From: Haliotis cracherodii
Lineage: Eukaryota
Length of the DNA: 64,000 nucleotides
Direction: 5' to 3'
Assembly: GCF_022045235.1 (NCBI RefSeq)
Contig: NW_027266271.1
Location: 17,422,001 to 17,486,000, forward strand
Shown: positions 46,420-59,130 of the stretch, piece after piece
Numbering within the stretch: the first letter of the stretch is position 1
Layout: each line of letters opens with the position of its first letter
Position numbers and translations under genes: made by a program
The notes under the pieces: model-generated
Database searches by the model: none
What the model was told of the DNA's origin: nothing
Seen by the model: only the letters and a program-made list of their open reading frames with translations

Positions 46420-49400
46420 TCACTTCCTGTCTATAAATCTGATCCTCACTGGATCCTTTGGTAGTAGGAACAGTTTTGCACGGACTTCGATTGGTTTGTC
46501 GTCTGCTGGCTCGATTTCAAACCGTTGGATGATCTACACAAATGGTGAAGGTATGAGTCAGACATGTATTCCATAGGATAAGCACAACACATACTATTCT
46601 TTAAAATATATTAGGTTTATATGCCTCAAACGTTCAGACAACGGCGGACGATCAACTTCTGATTTCAAAGAGAAATTAGATGCCGAAAACGCCCAACGAC
46701 ATAAGCTCAGTTGGAGGACGATCAACTTCTGATTTCATAGAGAAATAAGATGCCGAAAACGCCCAACGACATCAGCTAAGTTGAACATTCAGTTATGGTA
46801 AGCTAGAAAAGGGGAGATAACTCACGTGTGACACGAGGGTCTGTATCTCCATTTCAGCAACACGGCGCCCTGGAAAACATTCACAGTCTCAACAAGCTGC
46901 GTGAACAAATAATACACGTGTATGTCTTAGTGTAGGGCATGTGTCGGAGTTGTGTGAACAGATAATACACGTGTATATTTTAGCATAGAGCATGTGTGGG
47001 AGTTGTGTGAACAGATAATACACGTGTATATCTTAGCATAGGGTATGTGTCGGAGTTGTGTGAACAGATAATACACGTGTATATCTTAGCATAGGGTATG
47101 TGTCGGAGTTGTGTGAACAGATATAACACGTGTATATCTTAGCATAGGGCATGTGTCGGAGTTGTGTGAACAGATAATACATGTGTACATCTTAGCATAG
47201 GGCATGTGTCGGAGTTATGTGAACAGATAATACACTATATCTTAGCACAGGGCATGTATCGGAGTTGTGTGAACAGATAATACACGTGTATATCTTAGCA
47301 TAGAGCATGTGTCGGAGTTGTGTGAACAGATGATACGCTGTATATCTTAGCATAGAGCATGTGTTGGAGTTGTGTGAACAGATAATACACGTGTATATCT
47401 TAGCTTAGAGCATGTGTCGGAGTTGTGTGAACAGATGATACGCTGTATATCTTAGCATAGAGCATGTGTGGGAGTTGTGTGAACAGATAATACACGTGTT
47501 TTGAATACTTTGACCATGACACTTGATTGATCGTCATTGGTAACATGGCTGTGTATTGAAAGTGGAATGTAGACGTAATTCCGAACTCGGTACATGTGCT
47601 TTCCAGATCGGGATCAAGATAAAGTCTACCAAACTGGAGTGGGTCACTGCTGTGGGCCTCTATATTCTAGTCGTTTATTACCCCTTGAAACGTACCAAGC
47701 TAAAATGACAATGATGGCATTGAAATTAATTTGGCTTTAATGGTTCCATATTACTCTAAAATGAGAAGAAATCATATTTTGTAAGTTATTCGTGAAAATG
47801 TGCAACTCTTGTTCAATCGCTTAGAATGTATATACATGATGCATTTCGTTCAATACGTTTTAAGGGTAAACCTCTTTCTGGCCCACAGCTACTTGAGAAC
47901 AGGTAGAGTTTCCTCACTTCAACATGTCCTTCAGTTTTGAATAAGGATTGGTTTTATTTAGAAAATATATGTTATTATGAGCAATATCATTCTCATTTCA
48001 TGTTGTCAAGATAAGGTCGAATTTCAGTGTATATTTTGCTCAATTCTAGAGGTAACTTGGCCTAGAAATTACACAGAATTGATATAGTTACAGTATACCG
48101 TAAAGTATGTTTTAAGTCATGTATAGGAAATAGTTAACATTACATATCTGTGCACCTAATTGTATTCATTTAACCTGCATGTATGTCATGCAAACTGCCG
48201 CCATTTTATATCCCGTTCAAAATGGAGGGTGTAATTCAAATATGCCGTTCAGCAATTCCATACCGTATTCATGCATCGTAACCTTACAACCCTCTCTACC
48301 CGTGAAGATTCCGGGGTAGAATAGGTCTTCAGCAACCACTGCTTGCTCTAAAAGGTGACTATGCTTGTCGTAAAAGGCGACTAACGGGATCGGGTGGACA
48401 AGCTCGCTGACTTGGTTGATGCATGTCATCGATCCCAATTGCGTTGATTGATGCTCATGATATTAATCACTGGATTGTCTGGTCCAGAGTCGATTATTTA
48501 CAGACCGCCGTCATATAGCTGGAATATTGCCGAGTGCGGCGTTAAACAATAAACCAACCAACCAACTACAACCCTCTCGCCGCGAAGTCTGGATGTTCGC
48601 TTACCAACACACATCCTCGGCCCGAAGCCGAACGACAGGTACGTGTAAGGGTTGCGTTTCTGTCTCTCCTCCAAATTGTCCCTCATCCAGCGGTCCGGCC
48701 TGAAGGTCAAAGGGTCATCGTACAAGGATGCCTGTCGTCCAAGGGCATAGATCGGCACACTGACCATTGTCTGACAACAAAAAACAGTAGTGAACCATAG
48801 AACAGATTTGCTACGATTTTGAGCGACATAGTTTAAACTTTTCATCCTTTGTATATACCCATGAAAACAGCATGTTGAATTTTGAAAATAGAGCGGAGAG
48901 TTTCCAGACAAATGGATTTCTAAAATTAAAATGGGACGTGTTTGTTTCATTTTGTTTTTTGTATAACGCCACATTTTCTTTATAGATTTATGAAAGGCCA
49001 ATGTGGGCCATTTTTTGGAAGTTGGGGTTGGGTTGGGAGACGCTGGAATTTTGTATCGAAACGACATAATGTTGCATCTACAGCGACAGCTACAAAACCA
49101 GATATTGTCTTAATATAAAACTATGAAACTAAATATATGATTTAAAAAGAAACACACCTTGCAAAAAGATAATTTTGTGGCAGACAATATCTCCCTTCTT
49201 GTTCAACAGTCAAAAATATAGTTATTTTTTAAAGAATTTTCTGTGACAATTTACTTTTATTGCTCATAATATCAATCTCCACTTCGTCTGGCCCAATGTA
49301 CAATGTGTGAAGCCAATTTCTGGTGTCCCCCGCCGTGATATTGCTGGAATATTGCTCAAACGGCGTAAAATCATACTCACTCAATCATTCACAGAACCAT

Positions 49401-52400
49401 TGCTCGGCAGGCGTTAACAACTGATGATGGCCTCACCCCGGCTGGGACGTGGTATCCCATGACAACGTCGTCCTTGGGCATGTTCCTCATCACAACGCTG
49501 CCTGCTGGATACAGACTGAAGTACAACATACAGAAGCTCCTCAACAGCTCGTCCAAACAATTAGTCTTCACTCAGACATTAAAACAGTTTATTGAGAGCG
49601 ACCTTCCATTAATCTTGTTTAGTCGCAAATAAATAGGTCCTGATTTTCACATACTTTGCTGAAAACATGCCAGTGTTTAGATGAAAGAATGCAATTCACT
49701 CCACAACCGTGAACCGACAAACATTTTACCTTTCACAATGCAAAATCTAAAATGCATTTACAAATTCAGATACTGGAAAAGTCTTCATATCCATTTTTGT
49801 GCAACCATGAACATACAAGTCGCAATAAATCCCCATGGGAATGCCTCAAATGTATTTTGAAAAAGAAAATAATAATTTTTAAAAAAAAATCATTGAAAAA
49901 CAAAAAGTCACTAGTAGATGATCTGTTTGTTTGTTTGTTGTTTAACGCCGCACTCAGCAATATTCCAGCTAGATGACGGCGGTCTGTAAACAATCTGGAC
50001 TAGACATTCCAGTGATTGATATCATGAACATCGATCTTCGCATTGGGATTCGATGACGTGCATCAAACAAGTCATCGAGCCTGCTCACCCAATCCCGTTA
50101 GTCGACTCTTACGACAAAAAATTCTAACCCGGATGTTAACAGGTGCGTTGATGATTGGACCCCACATGGTTTTAAATTGTCACATTTAGATATATCGAGC
50201 TAATCTTTCAGTTTCAATAAATTGGAGAACAGCATTCAAAAAGCCTTTAATAGCAGATGGCACCAGTTCACCATCGTGTTCATTTCTATAAAAAGTGGCG
50301 GATTAATAATCGAAAAACAAACCAACAGAAAATGGAAACACCACGCCCAAACAAATAAAATGTGTCTGTTCGGTGTACTAGTTTGTCTCAAAAGTGTTTT
50401 ATCCGAAATCGAACTCTTGTACTGCTCACTCACCGTAAGGTCTCCTTAAGCACAGCCTTTAGGTACGGCATGTCTCTGAAATGTGAAGACGTTGGTTTGA
50501 CACCAGGGGGCACAACTCGTGTCACTTCTTCCAGTAGTCTCCCTTGAATGTCTGGTTGCCTGGATACTTCATACAACAGGAACTGAACTGTGTGTGTCGT
50601 CTATAATGACAAATGATAACATTGTAATTTCAGAATTTTTCAGAATTTACAGGTGACAAAAATGCAAACGAATAAACCCATTTGAGCAAACAGAATCCAC
50701 GTTACATGTCACAGTGAACAAATTCAGTTCTTTTAATGCACTACTTTTCTGAGGTTATACTTGTTCCCAACATATTTCATATATGGACGAATATGGTAAT
50801 TTCTCCAAGATAGACAATGCCTTGTGGCTTGGTGTAAACGGCCTCCCTTTTCCACATACAGAGCATTTGCCTGGCGAGCGGAAGATCGGTGGTTCGAATC
50901 CCTGGCCGTGTCCTAGCAATACATTTAAAAATGGTACTTGTTGTTTCCATGCTTGGTGCTCGGCATTATACTACTGTATACTACTCAAAAGAAGTTAAGA
51001 AACACCTGATTATTTCATATGATTATATTTGATGTCATTGCTGGTTATTATTGCAGCAGCCTTCCAATTGTTGTTCTTTAACTTCTTTTCAGTTGTATAT
51101 ACATAATGAGTTATAGCAGACTAAGAATGTGTTTTGTTTGTTTGTTTGTTTGTTTGTTTGTTGTTTAACGCCGCACTCGGGTCGCGTTAGAAATTGCCTT
51201 CAATATTGTTTGCATTCATAGAGGTATAAACTTTAACACCAGTGTCAACTCTTTGTTGTTTATTTGTTTGTGTGTTGTTTAACGCCGCACTCAGCAAAAT
51301 TCCATCTATGTGACGGCGGTCTGTAAATAATCGAGTCTGGATCAGACAATCCAGTGATTGACGTCATGGGCATCGGTACAATGAATGTATGTTTTCGAGG
51401 ACTTCCAGTGCGTTGGGACTACAATTGGTTCAAGTTTATTGGTGAATTAGTTAATTCTGCTTACGGTGTCAACTGAGCCCGCCATCACGTGTGTAACATT
51501 GGCATACATCTCCTTGGGGGACAGCACCCCCTTCGCCATCAATTGCTGGATGAAACCCGCGTTCTCATCCTCAGGCTTGTCCACTATCTCCTGCAACTTT
51601 TGGTCAATATTTTCCTTTGCTGGAACAGTGGCATCAAAGGGGTGAGTGTAATAATAAAGACCCCTTTGCGTTGATTCACCATATCAACACATTCCATTAG
51701 GCTCAGTCACATGAGGATTTCAACTTAATTCTTGGGCGGAGAGGCAGTCAAGTGATCAAATCGTTCGCGGCTTCACTTCAACATGCGTAAGGTCATACTC
51801 ACTCAAACTGTTTTGTAGCAGCGGTCGATTAACACAAAAGTTGAGCAATATTAAAAGACCATCTTTGTACCTTATAATTAAATAGTAAAACGGATACAAA
51901 CCATACTCATTTTCTCAACCTTGACCAGTGACAATACTGAAAAACAGTGACAATCAGTTCGGGCGTTATTTTTCATTTCGGCATTCTTCTTGTGCTTACA
52001 AATCCAACCCATGGAGATTCCAGGTTAGCACATGTTAAGAGACCTATGATTCCAAGGATTATAACTGTATTAATGCCATACAAGTTGTCTAAAACACTAA
52101 AATCCTAATGATTTGAACAAACCTATGACGAATCATAAGAGAAGCATACTTGCCAAAGTTCATTAAATATAATATCAGAGACATCCTTACGGAGCAAAAA
52201 TGAAATTTGATAGAATTTAAGAGCGTAACAGTACATTTTGAGAAGAAATAAAAATCGGATTCGAACAGCTGGAACAAATTCAGGTATCATTATTTTTGGG
52301 AACAAATTGAAATTTTTCAGCTTCGTTGACAAGCGATGTCTGGGGATGTGATGTTAACGGTGTGAGGAAATGTATTTGAGAGGATTTAGGAGCATGGTCA

Positions 52401-55400
52401 AAGTGTAAATGTAAAATATAGGTCTAAACTTGACATGGTGAAAAGCTGAACATATGTCTCGTGGCCCACTACTAACTACATACATGTAGAAAATGATCGA
52501 ATAATGGTCGTGATCCGTTTCAGCTTTCATTATGGACGAAGGTCAAAATGTTACACACCACGAAACAGCGGAACATACAGCCCCACTACTTAAAGTACTA
52601 AATACACATGCAAAAATGTCTGAACAAACTCCAAGAATAGGTTTTTCAGAATGGTTGTCATGGTGACCATTGAAAATCGGGTTCTGAGGGACCGACCATT
52701 TTAAACTTAGATATTCTAGTTGGGCCAGTCCAGGGGGGTTAACTGACTATAAAAGTCCATTTTCCACCTTTGTCAAACTAGGCTGGAATAACGGAGTTAT
52801 ATTTTGTCTGGCATAAGCAGTCCACGGTTAGTCCAATCAAAATCGAGTGACGAAATCGACATCCTGTTCATAAACAACATGACGACTACCTTTCAGATTT
52901 GGGACGACTGCAGTATATGGAGAGCATGTGTACCGTCAACTGGGCGTCAATAAATATTTTCCATGCGTATTCATGTTTTTAATCAAGGTGCTCAAATGAT
53001 TTCATGCACTTCGCGAGGTTAGACCAGTTTCATTACAATGAAGATCTTGACTATCGATCACATCGTCTTGACTTGGCGCCGCCATCTTGTTTGAAGCAAA
53101 TGTAAGTGATATGAGATGGCCTCAGACCACAATTAATTTCCTTCTTTGCTATCTACAGTGACATGACAGCCCACCATAATTATTATCGGTCGTAGGCTGT
53201 TCTCCTGTTTCATGCTAACCCAACCTGCCACTTGTCACTTAAAACGCCAAGTTTCGGCCAGCATCCACCACCTTGCTTTCGCAGTAACCACTGTCAACAA
53301 TACTCACCGGAAGTTTCGAGCCGAAACACACAGAGCGGCCTTCAACTTGGGGTCAAATCATGGGAAGCTGGAATCAATACCTTCACAGATTGGGGCGAAT
53401 AAAAAATTGACAGCAAACTACAATGTCTTATCTTTCATTTAAGCTATCACAAGTCACTCCAAAAAAATTGCCACAGGCTGAACAGCCCATTTAAACAGGG
53501 TACTATATTCTCCCACTTCCTTCTGGTTCATGGTAAGACTTAGGGGGGATAACTGTGGTCTGAGGCCAGATTGCTCAATAGGAGAGGCATAGAAGGGACA
53601 TAACTCGTAATAGCCACTGGTGGCGCTACGACCAGGCCTCGAAATTCCAGCCTTGTTCAGTCACTCCCGAGGATGGGAACAAGAATTTGACGTTTCAGCT
53701 TGATTGGTTTCGTGGTTTAAAATACAAGCGCAAAACGGCATGATCTCCACTACAAGCAACGCTCGTCGATATATGGCTGAAATAATGCCGATGAGCGTTA
53801 AATTTGTAACTCACTAACTACGAACAACACATCTACCACATTTCACAGTTTGTATGGAAATTGTTGGGTAACAGACAGGGAAATGGATGGGCTATCAGGT
53901 TATGTTTGAAATAAGCTCACTTGAGTTCAAACACCCAAAGGGGCGGTCGGGTAGCCTAGTGGTTAAAGCGTTCGCTCGTCACGCCGAAGACCCGGGTTCG
54001 ATTCCTGACATGGGTACAATGTGTGAAGCCCATTTCTGGTGTCCCCCGCCGTGATATTGTTGGAATATTGTTAAAAGCGGCGTAAAACCATACTCACTCA
54101 CTCACTCAAACACCCAAAGAACTTACCGATTCGAAATACAGTGTCCATGCTTTCAGTAAACTTTTTCCAATCTTTACGCCTGAACATTTTGGAGAATTTG
54201 GGAGGGAAGAATATAAGTTTGTTTGTCGTTTCACCCAATGCATGAGTTGCCTCAATGAACTCGGTGGTGGTTGGACTTCGGTTGTCAGACAAGCATCCCA
54301 TGCGTCTCTCGTACAGGACCGTACAGATAGCTGTAACAGAGAATGAAAAGGGGTTGGTTATAATGCCGCTTTGAACAGTATTCCAGTTATATCACGGCGT
54401 GTCAGCTTGACGTGGGAGGAAAGCCCGAGTTGGTGTAGGGCCCACTTGCACAAAGCGATCATAGGGCTAAGCTGAACGTAACTCCCACGAATTAACATAG
54501 GCTTACGATAGTCTTAGCGCTAAGATCGCTTTGTGCAATTGGGCCCAGGTCTTAGAGGTTTACAACTTTAGTGAAACCAACGAACACGGACATTGTGCTA
54601 ACAAACCCAGAAACATAATCGGGGAGAACCGGGATTCGAACCCACAAACATAGATTTCAACTCTGCACAGCGAACTGCGGCGCCTAGGTGAGGTGGTGAG
54701 GTGAAATGGGGTTTTAACGTCGCGTCCAAGATTATTACACTGACTTAAATAGCGACGTGAATGCACGTATGTTTGTGTATGTGGCTGTTTCTACTAGTCT
54801 GGGCTAATGCCGATTTATAGTGCTAACCCACTGAGATACCATTCCGTAGTTTAACATGCATACCCCTCCCAGACACAGTATAGAGACTCCGAGCCGACCA
54901 GTCCTTGTTTTAGCCCTTAATGCCGAGCGCCAGACAGGGTAACAACAAGTACCATCACATGGCTGAACAATCACATGGCTGTGGAAAAAGACAAATGTGT
55001 TTACACTCTAAGGCCCAGTTGAAGAGTTCGACGTCGATGCGTTCCACGACTCCGTCTGGTCCTCGGAGAGCAGCCAGTCTATCCAGCAAGTCTGCCGCGA
55101 CAGCACTGAACTGGTCGCCATAACTCTCCACTGTCTTCAACTTCATCATCGGCTTGTCAATCACGCTGCGCAGTCGATACCACATCTCCCCCTGCCTGCA
55201 TAAAAGATTATCCATATACAGTGAAACCTCGCTAGTCTGGACCCCGTTAATACGAAACACCATCTCCTGAACGATTAAGATACTGTTGGTTTTAGGGACT
55301 ATAATCATGCATGTTAACGTCGCATCGGCAACACAATTTCAGCCGCAGAGCTAAAACAAATCTTACATTCAATAAAACACATTCAGTACATGTCTAAACA

Positions 55401-56554
55401 GTGATACTATTCTTTGAACGTGTATGTTTATTCCTAAATTGGTTTATTCGGGTGATTGTAGTTAAAACATAGTTAATTCGAAGTCCTGATGACCATCTAA
55501 ATATATCGAATAACCGGTTGTTCGAGATAAGCGAAGTGCCGATATTATATGATATATATAATTATATAGTATGACATACAAAAAGTCAATATGTCGAGTT
55601 ATTTGAGATCGGGTTAGCAATTGGGATACCGTGACATGCATCAACCAAGTCAGCGAGCCTGACCACCCGATCCCTTAGTCGCCTCTTACGACAAGCATAG
55701 TCACCTTTTTAAGGCAAGCATGGGTTGAAGACCTATTCTTCCCAGGATCTTCAAAGGTCGATGCGCAAGTTAGATAACATTTACGACACTAATTCAACTA
55801 CAGTACAGTGATTATTTAGCTGACACTGAACCCTATCACGGTTGTGATGTAACCAATGTACCCTTGACATTCACTCTGTTTCTTCTCTAAACGATAGAAG
55901 GACACAAACCACATTTTTTTTCAAATCAGACTATCCAGTTAAATTTTAATAGCAAAAATTGTATTTTTTCATCGGAACGTCGGACATCTTAGAAACTGGA
56001 CACCATTTTGAAATTTGAAGCGTCTTACGTTGTTGTTTTTTAAAAATCAGTCCAAAAGGAGTACCCATGCTACTTTTGGTGCTTGTGTCACAATTTGAAC
56101 GAATATCGTGAATATTGATTTATTTACCATCAATCTAGCACAATACTATACCGTTTGGTAGATGTTTTACTTACGCTGTAAGGAGCCCATCAGCTCGCCC
56201 CGCATCCTTATTATATTCGTCCCAAGCTGGAAACCCTATCCTTAACGGATATTTTCCTTCTTGAAGACGCAGTTTTTCCAGTGCAGCTGGGTCTATCATG
56301 TAAATTTGTTTAAATCCTCCTGTATCCTCCAAAAAAATGGGCCCCAAGTCCTTGTGGCGTTGGAGAAGCAGCTCATGCGCAACGTCATAGTTTTTCACGA
56401 ACTCGAGCATAGTCCCTATAACGGGCCACCCCTTCACCATCGGCATAGCGCTTAGTGGCTTTGGCCTGACCTCGTTTTCACCCGCATTAACTGTTGAGAA
56501 GCCTCGAAATGAATAGAGCGGCCTCAACGCAGTACATCGAGCGACGCGATACAT
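46420..56554 (-). CDS. Mitochondrial-clan cytochrome P450, 9 coding exons, 499 aa
   Basis: Exons 56554-56175, 55195-55005, 54330-54127, 51619-51465, 50600-50434, 49515-49437, 48770-48605, 46869-46826, 46533-46420. All introns are GT-AG with compatible phases; total 1500 nt. Motifs: Arg-rich presequence MYRVARCTALRPLYSFRGFS, WxxxR (WYRLR), I-helix AGSVDTT, ExxR (ETLR), PDRW, heme FGFGPRMCVG. Confidence 0.93.
46901..47499. repeat. 53-bp minisatellite (~11 units) in a CYP intron
   Basis: GTGAACAGATAATACACGTGTATATCTTAGCATAGGGCATGTGTCGGAGTTGT; period 53 (46954/47007). Confidence 0.96.
48298..48566 (+). mobile_element. Family C retroposon with 12-bp TSD TACAACCCTCTC
   Basis: TSD at 48285-48296 and 48567-48578. 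Confidence 0.9.
53941..54105 (+). mobile_element. Family A SINE with 14-bp TSD TCAAACACCCAAAG
   Basis: TSD at 53927-53940 and 54106-54119; near-consensus young copy. Confidence 0.93.
54439..54545. mobile_element. 107-bp palindromic MITE (Harbinger-like) inserted in a family B SINE
   Basis: TIRs GGCCCACTTGCACAAAGCGATC / GATCGCTTTGTGCAATTGGGCC; TAG/CAG flanks are consistent with a 3-bp CWG TSD. Confidence 0.78.
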
Positions 56555-56716
56555 TTTTCAAGCCACCAAATGCTTGTCACTGGAACAATATAGTACTGTT
56601 ATGTCATTCGTTGGAACTGTTGCGCTATGATTACCAACGCGATACCAATAGGTTAACAGAAACGCTAGTTTTGACACCCGTCTTTCTCTAAGGCAAGCCT
56701 GCAGTGGACAGTACAC

Positions 56717-56942
56717 CATTCGTTACCACTCGCATCTTTCCGTAACCTACTGTAGAGGCTGTCCCGGAAAGGCACGAGTTGGCTACGAAAGGTAACGTAT
56801 TCCATTCGTGATCACCTCGTGTTATTCCGGGACAAGCCGACTATTGCAGGTTACGGAAAGTGGCGAGTGGTGACGAATGATTCGTGCTTTTCCGGGACAA
56901 ACCGAATGTTAGATTACGGACAGACGCGAGTGGTGGCAAATG
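56717..56942. mobile_element. Cluster of three ~75-bp mini-elements (CATTCGTCACCACTCG...GGTCACGAATG family)
   Basis: The same family occurs at 33885-33966 and, in longer form, at 41687-42093. Confidence 0.7.
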
Positions 56943-58679
56943 GTGCCTTTCGATTTGCTTTGAAATAAAAATAGATATCGACATGTTCAGCCATTGACAA
57001 CTAACGTCCATTAGTGTATTGTATCCCCGTTCTGATATCAGATAAATTAGAAACATTTATTGGGAAGAGAAGCTCAAGAGGTAGATGTGCACACAGTGTC
57101 TGTCAAAAGCAAATGGAGATATACATGTACTCCATAATAATGAGTGAGTGAGTGAGTTGGGTTTAACCTCGCTTTTAACAGTATTCCAGTTATATCACGG
57201 CGTGTAAGCATAATGTGGGAGGAAAGCCCGAAGTGATGCAGGTCTCAGACGTTTACCACTTCGGTGAAACCAACGAGCACGGGTATTGTGCTGCCAAACC
57301 TAGAAACATAATCGGGGCGAACCGGGATTCGAACCCACAATCATAGCTTTCTGGCGCGCCCAAGGGACGCAACTCTGCACAGCGAATCGCGGCGCCTTAG
57401 ACGACTGGGCCACCCGTTCCCCCTACTCGATAATAAAGGATACACTCGGGTCATCACGTTAATTATTTGTTTATTATTATTAAACCCTTAAGTTTGTTTG
57501 TTGTTTGGCGATGCACTCAGCAATATTCCAGCTATATGACGGCGGTCTGAAATATAATTGAGTCTGGACCAGACAAACCAACGATTAACATTATGAGCAT
57601 CGATCCACGCAATTGGGATATGATGACATGCATCAACCAAGTCAGCGAGCCTGACCACCCGTTCCCGTTAGTCGCCTCTTACGACAAGCATAGTCGCCTT
57701 TTAGGGCAAGCATGGGTTGCTGAACACCTTTTCTAACTAGGGTCAAGTACATACTTTCAGCATACCAGTATATCCCTACACTTTACATTATTATTATTAC
57801 TATTATACCGCTCTTATCCAGATACTAGTATCGGCTCAAATGATTAATGATTTGGGAAAAAGAACATTTTTTTTCTATTGGACCCTCTCCAGAAATACAT
57901 CATACATGTAAACATTATCATAAATATATAAAACAAAAATATATCATCCAGTGTATCATAAGTCCATTCCGTTACGAGGGAGTTTCATTGTAAATGACAA
58001 AGATATGAAATGATAAACTTTGGGAAAACATTTGAAGAGGTTTTGGTTTAATATCTAGCTTAACATCGAAAGTTTTGTTGTTTTATAACACACTAGCAAC
58101 AATGTCACAATGGTTTTAGAGAAAACACATTTCAAACATACATAAAATCATTTGTTTAACATCATAATTGGTTTGATCGTTCAATAACTGGTAACTTTCA
58201 GGCTTACACCGTATTTGTCTTCAAAAACGTTTTATTTCCCAATTTATGTTAAAATAGTTATAACTTTTGTTATGTGTTTGTAGAACAGACTTGTACTTCA
58301 CAGATAGCCACGATGACCCGACCAGGCTCTTCAAATATGGGTTTGGCTATGCTTCATGTCACAAGGTGTTGGGAGCTCAGATTTGTTTATCCAATAATTT
58401 AAAAAAACGAGTTGTAATTTTCAAGACTGATTGAGTGAGTGAGTGAGTGAGTACGGTTTTACGCCGCTTTTAGCAAAATTCCAGCAATTTTCCAGCAATA
58501 TCACGGCTTCGCACATTGTACCCATGTCGGGAATCGAACCCGGGTCTTCGGCGTGACGAGCGAACGCTTTAACCACGAGGCTACCCGACCGCCCCATTTT
58601 CAAGACTGACACTCCTCAATGGTCTCAAACCCCTCTTTAGGATATCATACACTATTAAATTCAAGTTTTCGATGTGAAA

Positions 58680-58993
58680 ACTATTTTCCTAATGTCAGTA
58701 TTTTCTAAGAATAGAACTGCGATGTTAAAACTTAGAACTGGTTATGATAATCATGGTGCCCAGAAATATATAAGAAATAACTCTTCTGATAATGAAAATA
58801 ACTTACTATGCCCATTATGTAAACTGCTTGAAAACGAAGCGCCCGTAATCTTCAGTTGTCCTCTGTACTCTCAAATACAAAGTTAATACTTGTCAAAGTA
58901 TGAACAGTCTAACACATTTTTAAACCGCGAGATTGTATGTAATTTAGTATGCACAATGATGAGATGAAGTTGAACATTGCAAACTACGCTTAT
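58680..58993 (+). mobile_element. Old LINE ORF2 3' relic (continues after 62418)
   Basis: RTAMLKLRTG...LCPLCKLLENE..VIFSCPLY; the reading NIANYAY|HLCRIR is restored when the hAT insertion is removed. Confidence 0.65.
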
Positions 58994-59057
58994 TAGGGCT
59001 GGGACGGGTGGGTATTGAGTAAGACCCGGGTACCACAGGACTACCCGGACCCGTGGT

Positions 59058-59099
59058 GGTTATATCCCATTAGTTAGACGTCCCATTAGTTAGACGACC

Positions 59100-59130
<31 letters not shown>

